Of a DNA stretch of 64,000 nt, positions 1-9,043 are shown piece after piece. The stretch lies in the NCBI GenBank assembly GCA_963776545.1, contig CAVZND010000001.1:278345-342344 (forward strand), written 5' to 3'. A program made the position numbers and the translations under genes. Position 1 is the stretch's first letter. Each line of letters begins with the position of its first letter. The DNA is from an uncultured Chloroflexia bacterium. Its GTDB lineage: Bacteria > Chloroflexota > Limnocylindria > Limnocylindrales > CSP1-4. The notes under the pieces were generated by a model. The model was not told where the DNA came from, did not search any database, and saw only the letters and a list, made by a program, of their open reading frames with translations.

Positions 1-1
1 C

Positions 2-418
2 GGCCCGCTGACGCTCCGCCACGTCGGCTACGTGCTGACCGGACTGCTGTCGCTGCTGGTCGCGGCCGCCATCCTGCGGGATCCGCGTCCGCGGACCCTC
101 ATCCTCGGCCTGGCGGCCGCGACGCTCATCGCGTTCTGCTGCCTCACGAGCATGCACGAGCGCTATGCCTACGGCGCGCTGGTCTTCCTGATGCTGCTCA
201 TCCCCGAGGCCCGCGTGCGCTGGCTGGGGATCGCGTTCGGCGTCGTGTTCACGCTCAACCTGCTCGCCGCCGTCCCGCCGACGCCACGGATCGCCGAGCT
301 GCTGCCGGCCGGCGGGTGGCTGGGCATCGTCGGGTCGGTCGCGATGCTCGCGATCGCGGCGGCGACGGTGTGGCTCATGAGACGGGGCGCGTCAGGACCC
401 GAAGCGCAGGCCGCCTGA
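2..418 (+). CDS. C-terminal part of a polytopic membrane protein, putative GT-C glycosyltransferase (5' end outside window)
   Basis: Frame open from position 2; several hydrophobic helices; MHERY motif typical of GT-C mannosyltransferase-like proteins. Confidence 0.6.
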   Translation, partial: GPLTLRHVGYVLTGLLSLLVAAAILRDPRPRTLILGLAAATLIAFCCLTSMHERYAYGALVFLMLLIPEARVRWLGIAFGVVFTLNLLAAVPPTPRIAELLPAGGWLGIVGSVAMLAIAAATVWLMRRGASGPEAQAA

Positions 419-1168
419 CCGCCGGATCGAGCACGCCCACGCGAGAAGCGGGGCCAGCATCAGTGGCAGCGTCGGGAGGTTGTAGAGCAGCGACACGTCC
501 GAGTTGCGCACGACCGTGAACCAGTCGGCCCAGACCGGCAGGAACAACAGCGACGCCACCCCGAGCGCCGCCAGGGCGACCCACCAGCTCCGGCGACGAA
601 CGCCGAGCAGGGCGATGGGCGTGAACGTCGGCTTGGCGAAGACGAACACGAACGGCCAGCGCCAGATGGTCCCGGCGGCGATGGCCGCGACGACCCACAT
701 CGAGGGGTTGCCGAAGACGTAGACGTTGAGCGACTTGTCGAAGGCGAGGATGGACGTGATCACGACCCAGGCCCACAACGGCGGGCGGTGCCACCACAGC
801 CCGTACGCCAGGATCGCGATGGGGATGACCCACCACAGGATCGCAGGCAACCACAGGAAGGGGATGAACAGGAGGAACGCCGTCGGCGGGTAGAGGATCG
901 CCCCGGCCCCGATGACGAACGGTCCGGCCAGCTCGAACGGGAGGTACGGCGTGCCGGTGTCGAGCAGCCGCTGGGCCGCCTCCATATGCCAGCGGTAGTC
1001 GAGTCCGAACGAGGGGTTCCCGAGGCTCTGGACCATGACGTAGACGATCCAGAGGACCTCGACCCCGATGATCGTCAGTCCGAGGACCCGGCCGACCGGC
1101 TGCCAGCGGCCGAGATCGAGCGGTCGGGGTGCCTCGCTCACCGCCGTGTGACCGCTATCCGGCGACAC
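392..1168 (-). CDS. GT87/DUF2029-like membrane glycosyltransferase
   Basis: N-terminal TM, then GLDY..H..AA.RL...TPY and LYPPTAFLLF loop motifs; multiple TM helices. Confidence 0.7.
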   Translation of the reverse strand: MSPDSGHTAVSEAPRPLDLGRWQPVGRVLGLTIIGVEVLWIVYVMVQSLGNPSFGLDYRWHMEAAQRLLDTGTPYLPFELAGPFVIGAGAILYPPTAFLLFIPFLWLPAILWWVIPIAILAYGLWWHRPPLWAWVVITSILAFDKSLNVYVFGNPSMWVVAAIAAGTIWRWPFVFVFAKPTFTPIALLGVRRRSWWVALAALGVASLLFLPVWADWFTVVRNSDVSLLYNLPTLPLMLAPLLAWACSIRRSGGLRFGS

Positions 1169-1907
1169 CGTGGTTCCCGCTGGTTCGCCCGCGAGTCAGG
1201 CGACCCCGGAACGCGGCCCAGTACCAGTGCAGGTAGTGGGGCAGCCACTTGCGCAGCTTGAAGTTGCTCTGGCCCGCGGTCCGGTCGCGCCACGTCGTGG
1301 GCACCTCGGCGACCCGCCGCCGGGCCACCGTCGCCTTCACGGTCAGCTCGAGCGCGAGTTCGAAGCCGGCGGTGCTCTCGATGGTCACGGTCTCGAGGAA
1401 CCGGCGCGAATACAGCTTGAAGTTGTTCGTCGGATCGTGGGTCGGGACGCCGGCGAACCAGTGGAGCGTCAGGCCGGCGGTCCGGCTCATCAACCGCTTC
1501 AGCGGCGGCCCGCCGACCTGGTGGCCGCCGCGCATGTAGCGCGACGCCGCGACCACGTCGGCACCGCCTCGCGCCAGCTCGACCATCGGGTCGACGACGT
1601 GCGGCTCGTCCGAGCCGTCGGCCATCGAGATGAGCACGTAGGGTGCGGTCGTCCCGGCGATGCCGGCCCTCATCGCATTGAGGACGCCCCGGCCGAGATC
1701 GTTGCGGAGGCCGCGCAGCCCGGGGATCTCGCTCGCCAGGCGGGCGACCACGGGCACGGTGGTGTCCTCGTCGAAGTCGTACACGACGACCAGCTCATGG
1801 GAGGTCTGGACGCCCGCCGCGAGCGCGCGGAGCACCGGCTCGACGGCCTCGCCCTCGTTGTAGACGGGCAGGACGATCGCCAGTTCGGGCCCCGGCGATG
1901 CGGTCAC
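1155..1907 (-). CDS. GT2 glycosyltransferase, polyprenol-phosphate sugar synthase (DPM1-like)
   Basis: IVLPVYNE, MADGSD (DxD), VAASRY, DPTNNFKLY, GQSNF motifs. Confidence 0.85.
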   Translation of the reverse strand: MTASPGPELAIVLPVYNEGEAVEPVLRALAAGVQTSHELVVVYDFDEDTTVPVVARLASEIPGLRGLRNDLGRGVLNAMRAGIAGTTAPYVLISMADGSDEPHVVDPMVELARGGADVVAASRYMRGGHQVGGPPLKRLMSRTAGLTLHWFAGVPTHDPTNNFKLYSRRFLETVTIESTAGFELALELTVKATVARRRVAEVPTTWRDRTAGQSNFKLRKWLPHYLHWYWAAFRGRLTRGRTSGNHGVAG

Positions 1908-2926
1908 AGCCGGCCGACCTCCACCTCGGCCCGGATCCAGGGCACGACCTCATCGAGCATCGCGTCGAGGGACGTCGTGGCTTCGAACCCCAGCACGTCC
2001 CGCGCCTTGCGGACGTCGGGCACGCGTCGCTGGACGTCGTGCTCGAATGGCGGGTCGCTGACGTGGCTGAAGGGGCGGCCGTCCGTATGGACCTTGCGCC
2101 ACAGGCACGCGGCCAGGTCGAGCACGGTCGTGGAAGCCGCAGTCGAGAGGTTGAAGTCGTCGTTCACCGCCGCATCGGACTCCATCGCCAGGCGGATCCC
2201 GTGAGCGAGGTCGCCGCCGTAGGTGTAGTGCCGAACCTGGTGGCCGTCGCCCAGGATGTGCAGCGGGTCCTGGCCCTTGAGGATCTTGAGCGCGAGGTCC
2301 GGCACGACGTGCGAGAGCGCGAGCTTGACGTTGCCGCTCATGACGTCCGTGTCGCGCAGGGCCCGACGTTCGCCGATGCCGACGCAGTTGAACGGGCGAA
2401 CGATCGTGTACGGCAGCCGGTACTGCTCCCACGCCCCCCTCGCGAAGTACTCGGACGCGAGCTTCTGGAAGCCGTAGGTCGACATCGGCGGCGGCGAGGT
2501 CAGCTGGGCGCCCTCGGGCGTCGGGAAGATCGTCGCCGACTCGTAGACCATCGATGACGACACGACGACGATCCGGCCGAGGTGCCCGTCGCGGTGGGCC
2601 GCGACCGCCGCATCGAAGGTCGAGGCGAGGATCCGCTCGTTCTCGGCGAGCAGGTCGTAGGCGAACTCGTGGAAGTAGCTGATGCCGCCGATCATCGCGG
2701 CCGCGGCGACGACCTGGTCGCAGTCGGCCGCGAGCTCGCGCATGAGCGACGCATCCTTGGCGTCGCCCTCGACGAACCGGTAGCGCGGATGGCCGTCGTA
2801 GGACTTCGCGAGGCGACCGTACTTGCTGAAGTCGTCGAGCCCGACGACCTCGTGGCCGGCCTCGAGCAGTTCGGGGACCAGGTACCCGTTGATGAACCCG
2901 GCGGCACCCGTGACGAGGATGCGCAC
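1904..2926 (-). CDS. NAD-dependent nucleotide-sugar epimerase/dehydratase (extended SDR)
   Basis: GTG start at 2926 overlapping the upstream TAG; ILVTGAAGFI, SSSMVY, YGFQK (YxxxK), RPFNCVG. Confidence 0.9.
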   Translation of the reverse strand: MRILVTGAAGFINGYLVPELLEAGHEVVGLDDFSKYGRLAKSYDGHPRYRFVEGDAKDASLMRELAADCDQVVAAAAMIGGISYFHEFAYDLLAENERILASTFDAAVAAHRDGHLGRIVVVSSSMVYESATIFPTPEGAQLTSPPPMSTYGFQKLASEYFARGAWEQYRLPYTIVRPFNCVGIGERRALRDTDVMSGNVKLALSHVVPDLALKILKGQDPLHILGDGHQVRHYTYGGDLAHGIRLAMESDAAVNDDFNLSTAASTTVLDLAACLWRKVHTDGRPFSHVSDPPFEHDVQRRVPDVRKARDVLGFEATTSLDAMLDEVVPWIRAEVEVGRL

Positions 2927-4131
2927 TAGAGCTGGATGCCCCCGCCGAGGGCCCCCCAGACGTCGACCACGTCCTTGCCGCCGATCCGGAGGCCCCGGTA
3001 GGCCTTGTGCGGCGCGCCAAGGACCAGGATGTCGCTCTCCTCGAGCGTGCATTCGAGCGTGACCAGCCGGTCGTCGTCGACGTACGGATCGGTGGCCAGC
3101 ACGCGCGCGCCGGCCCACGAGAGGAGCTTGCGCAGCTTGTAGCTGAGCGACGCCCGGGTGTCGTCCGATTCGCTCTTGAAGGCCATGCCGAGGATGCCGA
3201 CGGTCTTGCCCTGGAGCCCGCCGTAGCGACGTTCCAGCGCGGAGACGATGTAGGCGGGCAGGCCTTCGTTGACCTGCATCGCGGCCTGGCCGAGGGGGAA
3301 GTGGTCGGCCGTGAACGCGGCGAGCTGCATCGTGTCCTTGAACAGGCACGGACCGGCCGCGAAGCCGGGACCGGGCAGGTCGGCCGCGCGCGGGTAGTCC
3401 TCGCGGATCGCCCGCAGGACGTTGGTGTAGTCCACCCCGGCCTGGTCGGCGATCATCAGGAACTGGTTGGCCACCGCGAACTTCATGTACCGCCAGGTGT
3501 TGGTGAAGAGCTTGGCGAGCTCGGCCTCCTTCGAGGAGGTCCGGATCGTCTTGTCGGCGAGATGCCGGAACAGGGCCTCGGCCCGGTCGGCGGCCCGGTC
3601 GTCGTCGGCGCCGACGATCTGGGGCAGCGTCCGCAGCTCCTCGAGGGCGTGGCCCTCCGCGATCCGCTCCGGGCAGAACGCGACGTCCGCGGTGCAGCCG
3701 CGCTCGGCCAGGTGCTGCGCCACGTAGCCGGTCGTGCCCGGGTAGACCGTGCTGCGCAGGACCACCAGGGCGCCGTCGCGCAAATGAGGCGCGATCTGCT
3801 CCACGGCTCGCTCGAAGACCGTCATCGATGGCCCGAGGAACTCATCCACCGGCGTCCCGATGACGACGACCAGCTGGTCGGTCCGGCCGATCATCGAGCC
3901 GTCCGCACCGAATGCCAGCCGCCCGGTCGGGAGCAGGGTGCGGAGCAGTTCGTCGGCACCGGCCTCCATGAACGGCATCTCGCCGGCGGCGATCCGGTCC
4001 AGGGTGTCCTGGTTCGTGTCGTAGATGCCGACCCGGAGACCGGCGTTGGCGAACGCGAGGCTCAGGGGCAGTCCGACGTGGCCGCCACCCCCCAGGACGA
4101 CGACGTCGAGATCGACGGACGATTCCCTCAT
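2926..4131 (-). CDS. Nucleotide-sugar dehydrogenase (UDP-glucose/GDP-mannose/UDP-ManNAc dehydrogenase family)
   Basis: GGGGHVGLP, LRSTVYPGTT, FCPERIAEG, AELAKLFTN, GPCLFKD, GMAFK; ATG at 4131. Confidence 0.9.
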   Translation of the reverse strand: MRESSVDLDVVVLGGGGHVGLPLSLAFANAGLRVGIYDTNQDTLDRIAAGEMPFMEAGADELLRTLLPTGRLAFGADGSMIGRTDQLVVVIGTPVDEFLGPSMTVFERAVEQIAPHLRDGALVVLRSTVYPGTTGYVAQHLAERGCTADVAFCPERIAEGHALEELRTLPQIVGADDDRAADRAEALFRHLADKTIRTSSKEAELAKLFTNTWRYMKFAVANQFLMIADQAGVDYTNVLRAIREDYPRAADLPGPGFAAGPCLFKDTMQLAAFTADHFPLGQAAMQVNEGLPAYIVSALERRYGGLQGKTVGILGMAFKSESDDTRASLSYKLRKLLSWAGARVLATDPYVDDDRLVTLECTLEESDILVLGAPHKAYRGLRIGGKDVVDVWGALGGGIQL

Positions 4132-4138
4132 GTGCTCG

Positions 4139-4144
4139 ACTCTA
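4139..4144 (-). promoter_or_regulatory. Putative -10 box TAGAGT (leaderless promoter)
   Basis: TAnnnT 7 nt upstream of ATG 4131; no SD; its TAG is also the stop codon of the upstream gene. Confidence 0.4.
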
Positions 4145-5653
4145 GCAGCCGGGTGCGAGCACGCACCGGGACCCGAAGGTCGGGCGGTGCCCGGTACTGA
4201 CGACATGGTCGACCCGGGCGAGGATCGGCCGGTCCCGCCTGACCAGGACGGCGCCGTCCGCGTCCCGGTATTCCTCCCGCCAGCCCGCCCTGAGCAGGCG
4301 GGCCGAGAAGGCGTCCTGGCCGTCGCCGGCGGCGACGACGATCGTCACGCCCCAGTCGTCGAGCTGCTCCTGCCACCCGTCCACGCCCGCGACGACGCGC
4401 TCGTACTGGTCCCAGACTTCGACCGGGAACACCTCGATCCGCGAATCGATGGCGACCGGGAGGTGGCGGAACGTGAATTCGAACCACGATCCCCAGGGCT
4501 GCGGGTTGAAGAGGCGGTCGCCGGGCCGTTCGACGTCGCGCAGTGCCGCCGTGATGCCTGGCGGGGCGTTGCCGACGACCCCGGCCGGGGCCTGCAACCC
4601 GGTGTCGAGCGGCCGCCACACGGGCAGGAGCGCGATGCCCGCGACGACCATCGCGGCGGCCAGGACGACATTCATCCGCCGGATGAGGACCGGGTCCGGG
4701 CGGTCCTCGCTCGTGCCTCGTTCCGGCTCCGTCAGCAGCGTGCCGGCGACCGCCGCGACCGCGCCGAGCGGCCACCACGCGACTCCGCGGATCGCATACG
4801 CCCCGATCGCCGCGAACGCCCCGAGCCAGGCGAGCGTCGGCCAGCTGGTCCGGGACCCTCGCCGCGCGATGAGGACCACCACGGCGGCGACCGACGTGAA
4901 GTAGAGGAGGCCCGGCACGCTGCGGAGCGACGTGGGCTGCCACTCGCTGATCCGGCCGGTCACCTCGGGGTTCGTCGAGAGCCCGACGGCGTAGACCCAG
5001 ACCATCGGGCCGAACGGCGTCAGGCAGGCGGCGGCGGCGCTCACGAGCGCGATCAGCAAGACCTGGCGTCCGCCCGGCGCCCGGTCGTGCAGGTCCTCGA
5101 GCCAGGCGAGGCCGAGGACGAGCGGCCCGAGGAAGAAGCTCCCGTGGAAGTTCGCCCAGATCGCGACGAGGACCGGGATGACCCAGAGTCGGTCCGGGTG
5201 GGTGCGGCGATCGACGACGAGCAGCACGATGACCGCGAACAAGGCCATGCCGAACAGCTGCGGGCGCAGGGCGAGCGCCACGGCGGCCACCACGAACGCC
5301 GCGAAGGTGAGCCCGGCCGCCCGTCGCGTCTCGAGACCGCGCCGGCGCCCGATCTCGAAGACGCACCCGAAGATCACCCCGACCAGGAGCGCGCGCAGGA
5401 TGACGAGGCCGGTCCAGCCGGCCAGCCGGTAGACGCCGAAGAGCACGACCTGGGCGCCCCACTGCTGGTCGATCCACTCGGCGCCGGCGGCGGTGTACGT
5501 CCAGGTATCCGTGCCCGGGAGCGCACCGTGCGCGAGGATCTCGTCGCCCGCGCGCAGGTGGTACGCGAGGTCGACCGAGCTCAGGTTCGCGATGAGCGCG
5601 GCGAGGACCGGCAACGCGACGGCCAGGAACGCCCAGAATCGGGTCAGGGTCAC
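4142..5653 (-). CDS. Polytopic membrane protein, putative GT-C glycosyltransferase
   Basis: DLAYHLRAG first-loop motif, WIDQQW, LRPQ, WANFHG, ISEWQP and a soluble C-terminal domain. Confidence 0.6.
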   Translation of the reverse strand: MTLTRFWAFLAVALPVLAALIANLSSVDLAYHLRAGDEILAHGALPGTDTWTYTAAGAEWIDQQWGAQVVLFGVYRLAGWTGLVILRALLVGVIFGCVFEIGRRRGLETRRAAGLTFAAFVVAAVALALRPQLFGMALFAVIVLLVVDRRTHPDRLWVIPVLVAIWANFHGSFFLGPLVLGLAWLEDLHDRAPGGRQVLLIALVSAAAACLTPFGPMVWVYAVGLSTNPEVTGRISEWQPTSLRSVPGLLYFTSVAAVVVLIARRGSRTSWPTLAWLGAFAAIGAYAIRGVAWWPLGAVAAVAGTLLTEPERGTSEDRPDPVLIRRMNVVLAAAMVVAGIALLPVWRPLDTGLQAPAGVVGNAPPGITAALRDVERPGDRLFNPQPWGSWFEFTFRHLPVAIDSRIEVFPVEVWDQYERVVAGVDGWQEQLDDWGVTIVVAAGDGQDAFSARLLRAGWREEYRDADGAVLVRRDRPILARVDHVVSTGHRPTFGSRCVLAPGC

Positions 5654-5659
5654 CGGCCG

Positions 5660-5665
5660 ATGCTA
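5660..5665 (-). promoter_or_regulatory. Putative -10 box TAGCAT (leaderless promoter)
   Basis: TAnnnT 6 nt upstream of GTG 5653; no SD. Confidence 0.5.
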
Positions 5666-5702
5666 GCGAACCGCGGTGCGCGGCCGCACCAGCCCGATGG
5701 TC

Positions 5703-6905
5703 CTAGCCGGCTGCGGCGACCTCGGACAGGCGGACCGAACCGGCGCCTTCGTCGTAGATCGATTCGACGGCGCGGACCATCAACTCGATGCAGAACCGGT
5801 CGTGCACGAGGTCGTGGCCCGCGCGCCCGAGGGTGTCGGCGTATGGGTGGTCGCGCAGGAGGCGGGTGATCGCGGCGGCAAGTGCCTCTGCGTCGTGCGG
5901 GGGCACGAGCAGGCCGGTCAGGCCGTCCTCGATCATTTCGGGGATACCGCCGACGTTCGAAGCCACCACCGGACGGGACAGGGCCATGGCCTCGAGGACG
6001 GACAGTCCCTGCGCCTCGCGATAGGAGGGCAGGACGGCGACGTCCAGCGCCGCGGTCACGGCCGGCACGTCATCGCGGCGTCCCGTGAACACCACACGAT
6101 GGGCGATCTGCAGCTCGCGCGCCTGGGCCTCCAGGGCGTCGCGGCGACTCCCCTCCCCGACGATGAGCAGGTACGCGTCCGGCACCGCCCGCAGGACCGC
6201 CGGCCAGGCCTCGAGCAACGTAGGGTGGCCCTTCTCGGGCTCGAGGCGCGCGACGACGCCCACGATCTGCGAGCCCGCCTCCATGCCGTACTCCTCCGGC
6301 AATGTGCAGCACGGCTCCTGGTGGTCGTAGCGCTCGAGGTCGACGCCGTTGTAGATGAGGCTGACCGGGACCGTCGTGCGTTCCTCGTCGACCAGCTTGT
6401 GCTGGATCGCGCGGGACACGGCGATGATGTGGTCCATGTGCGGCGTCAGCTCGCGCAGGAACGCCTGGTCCTCGGACGGGCGGACCCGGCTGGAATGGAC
6501 GGTCGCGACGAGGTAGGGGCGACGGTGGCCGATCTCGGCGAGGGCCAGGACCGCCCGGGTCGCGACCGTCTCGGCGCGGTACATGTGGGCGTGGACCACG
6601 TCGGCTCGGACCTCCGCCAGGTGCGCGGCGAGCGCGCCGACCGCGATGGCGTCGTCGGGATCGTCGATGACGAGGACCGGGACGCCGGCGCGCTGGAGCT
6701 TGCGAACGGCGCTGCCGGTCGACATCGCGACGACCGAGACGTCATAGCGGCTCATGTCGATCCGCGTGACGAGCGACTGGAGATGCTCCTGGGCGCCACC
6801 GTTCGTGCCGGTCGAGATGACCTCGACGACCCGGATCCGGTCGCCGGTCAGGACCGGCCGCTGGACGGCCTCGAGACACGGGTCCGCTGGACGTGGGGCG
6901 GTCAT
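5703..6905 (-). CDS. GT4 family glycosyltransferase
   Basis: GGAQEH, IYNGVD, VARLEPEKGH, EAQGLSVLEAMA, SNVGGIPE; ATG at 6905 right after the upstream stop. Confidence 0.9.
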   Translation of the reverse strand: MTAPRPADPCLEAVQRPVLTGDRIRVVEVISTGTNGGAQEHLQSLVTRIDMSRYDVSVVAMSTGSAVRKLQRAGVPVLVIDDPDDAIAVGALAAHLAEVRADVVHAHMYRAETVATRAVLALAEIGHRRPYLVATVHSSRVRPSEDQAFLRELTPHMDHIIAVSRAIQHKLVDEERTTVPVSLIYNGVDLERYDHQEPCCTLPEEYGMEAGSQIVGVVARLEPEKGHPTLLEAWPAVLRAVPDAYLLIVGEGSRRDALEAQARELQIAHRVVFTGRRDDVPAVTAALDVAVLPSYREAQGLSVLEAMALSRPVVASNVGGIPEMIEDGLTGLLVPPHDAEALAAAITRLLRDHPYADTLGRAGHDLVHDRFCIELMVRAVESIYDEGAGSVRLSEVAAAG

Positions 6906-6906
6906 C

Positions 6907-8112
6907 TCACCTGGTCCTACGTCGAACCAGCACGCGCTGGATGGGCTCGTCGACCGCGCCCCACTCGTACTTGTAGGGTTCGTCGCCACGGAGGAAGTCG
7001 AGGCGGCGCTTGCCCAGGGCCAGGGCACGCTCGACATAGGCGTGGACCATGACCACGCCGGGGGATAGGTCACGGGCATCGGGGTCCACGCCGGCGTTGA
7101 AGTAGAGATAGCCATCCGGGGTCTCGAAGTGGATGCCTGCCGCGATGCGCCGGCCGCCCACGGTGAGGAAGGCCAGCCGGATGGGCCCATCCGTGCCCCA
7201 CAGCTCGAACATGCGACGGAACATCGTCCGGCTCTGGTCGCCACCGATCGTCGGCGGGAACAGCCCGGCCGCCCCCCAGCGCTTCTGGTGCAGGTCGATG
7301 AACGCCGCGAGGTCCGCGAGCGGGTCGGCGGAGTCGTCGAGACGGACCTCGCCCAGCGCGGCCGCGCGCCGTGCCTTGCGCCGGATCTCGTGGCGTTCCT
7401 TCTTGCCAAGCGTCGCGAGGAACCCGTCCATGTCGACGCCATCGGGCAATGTCGCGACGGGGCATACGTCCTCGCGCTCGACGTTGAGCGTCCAGCCGTT
7501 CGCGATCTCGAGCGCACCGAGCGCCGCAGCCAGTTCTTCGGCGAACGGGTCGCCGCACCGCAGGCGGCGCAGGTCGACGACGTCCCAATCGCCAGACCCC
7601 GGATCGGCGAGATACCCGGCGACGGCGGCGCACAGCGCCGGGCGATCCGCCGGCGCGACGAGCGCAGTGGCGTAATCGGCGTGGTACGACGCCCCGAAGA
7701 AGATCGCCGTCGCGTCGGGGTCGACCGGCGTCAGCTCGGCATCGCCACCGTGGCGCATCATCGTCCGGGTGGCCGCGTCGCTCGGCTCGACCTCGTGGCG
7801 GTGCATCAGCGGCACGATGGCGACCGGGTTCGCCCGTCCGTCGGTCGGCGCGTCGGCCGGCACGGCCACGAGGGTCTGTTCGTGGGCATTCGGGCCGTAG
7901 GCGTCCCACCACGCCCGGTGGAAGGCCCATTCGGAGAACGGCGTCGCCCAGGGGTTGCGGGCCGCGAGCGCATCCCAGGTCGATCGCGGGATGGCGTCGA
8001 TGGCGCGCGGTTCGATCCGCAACGTCGTCGAGATCGGAGTCTGGTCGGGGTCGCCGGCGTCGAGTGCCGGCCCCGGACAGGCAGGCTCCCGGTCGAGGGT
8101 CTGGGTGGTCAT
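6907..8112 (-). CDS. GNAT-fold protein, CelD/BcsL-like acyltransferase
   Basis: TPFSEWAF..AWW, ADY, LGKKERHEIRRK, LSPG, LDFLRGDEPYKYEWG. Confidence 0.8.
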   Translation of the reverse strand: MTTQTLDREPACPGPALDAGDPDQTPISTTLRIEPRAIDAIPRSTWDALAARNPWATPFSEWAFHRAWWDAYGPNAHEQTLVAVPADAPTDGRANPVAIVPLMHRHEVEPSDAATRTMMRHGGDAELTPVDPDATAIFFGASYHADYATALVAPADRPALCAAVAGYLADPGSGDWDVVDLRRLRCGDPFAEELAAALGALEIANGWTLNVEREDVCPVATLPDGVDMDGFLATLGKKERHEIRRKARRAAALGEVRLDDSADPLADLAAFIDLHQKRWGAAGLFPPTIGGDQSRTMFRRMFELWGTDGPIRLAFLTVGGRRIAAGIHFETPDGYLYFNAGVDPDARDLSPGVVMVHAYVERALALGKRRLDFLRGDEPYKYEWGAVDEPIQRVLVRRRTR

Positions 8113-8119
8113 CGGCGCG

Positions 8120-8128
8120 AGGATAGCA
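8120..8128 (-). promoter_or_regulatory. Putative extended -10 TGcTATCCT (leaderless promoter)
   Basis: TGn-TAnnnT 7 nt upstream of ATG 8112. Confidence 0.5.
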
Positions 8129-8134
8129 TCGGAC

Positions 8135-9043
8135 CTAGGACGATGGTTGCGGCGGCAACCTGACGGGTCCCCAGGCGAAACCGCGACGTTGCACGATGAC
8201 CTGCGCGGCCACCAGGGAGGCGGCGACGGTCGTCGCCCAGGGCAGCGGGATTGCCAGGACGACGGCCGACAGCAGGGTGGCGCCGGGCATCGCCAGCGAC
8301 GCGTAGTACCACTGCGTGCTGGGCCACAGGACGGGCACGATCAACCACGCCGCCCGCCGGCGACCCATGAGGATCAGGGCGCCGATCGCGATCGGGATGA
8401 GCACGGGGATCGACGTGGCGCTCAGGCCGCCATCGGACTGCTCGGCGAGGGTGTCGACCAGCGACGGCCAGGCGGCGATGTACGCCGCCCACGGCAGGAA
8501 CGGGGCGGTCACGGCCAGGAGGAGCGCGCTGAGCGCGACCGACCGCCACTGGCCGAGCACGAGCGGGACCAGGCCCGCGTACGCCTTGACCAGGACGGCA
8601 AGCGGCGCGGCACCCGCGACGAGGAGCGGGACCAGCAGCACATGCGGGTTGGCGTTGTAGAGCCCATCGATGAAGGGCGGGAACGCCAGCCACCACCACG
8701 GCAGGCCGAGCCGCCGGATCGCCCAGGCGGTCCCGATCAGCCCGAGACCGATGATCAGCGCGACCGCCACATCCGCCGGTACCAACGCGAACGGCACCAT
8801 CGCGAGCAGGCTCGGTGGGGGAGCGGCGTAACGGATCGCGCCGGCGTAGACCGACCAGGGATCCCCGCCATCCATCCACACGATCGTGGCCGTCCGGTAG
8901 AGCCGACCATCGAAACCGGGGGCGGCCGACGAGAGCACGAGCACCCGCATCGTGCTGATCGCCAGGAACCATGCCCCCACCAGCGCGCCCTGCCAGCCCG
9001 GCGGCATCGTCAGCGACCGCCTTCCGGCGGCTGGCGCCGTCAT
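8135..9043 (-). CDS. GT87/DUF2029-like membrane glycosyltransferase
   Basis: GFDGRLY...W..GGDPW and YAAPPP loop motifs, many TM helices; ATGA overlap with the upstream gene. Confidence 0.6.
   Translation of the reverse strand: MTAPAAGRRSLTMPPGWQGALVGAWFLAISTMRVLVLSSAAPGFDGRLYRTATIVWMDGGDPWSVYAGAIRYAAPPPSLLAMVPFALVPADVAVALIIGLGLIGTAWAIRRLGLPWWWLAFPPFIDGLYNANPHVLLVPLLVAGAAPLAVLVKAYAGLVPLVLGQWRSVALSALLLAVTAPFLPWAAYIAAWPSLVDTLAEQSDGGLSATSIPVLIPIAIGALILMGRRRAAWLIVPVLWPSTQWYYASLAMPGATLLSAVVLAIPLPWATTVAASLVAAQVIVQRRGFAWGPVRLPPQPSS

Noticed and set aside
4025-5869. Long antisense and alternate-frame ORFs (for example 4025..5869+, 9379..11424+, 46545..48038+, 52263..53897+, 53065..54735-)
   Set aside because: They are Arg/Gly/Pro-rich shadows of real genes, expected from the scarcity of stop codons at high GC, and carry no recognisable motifs.
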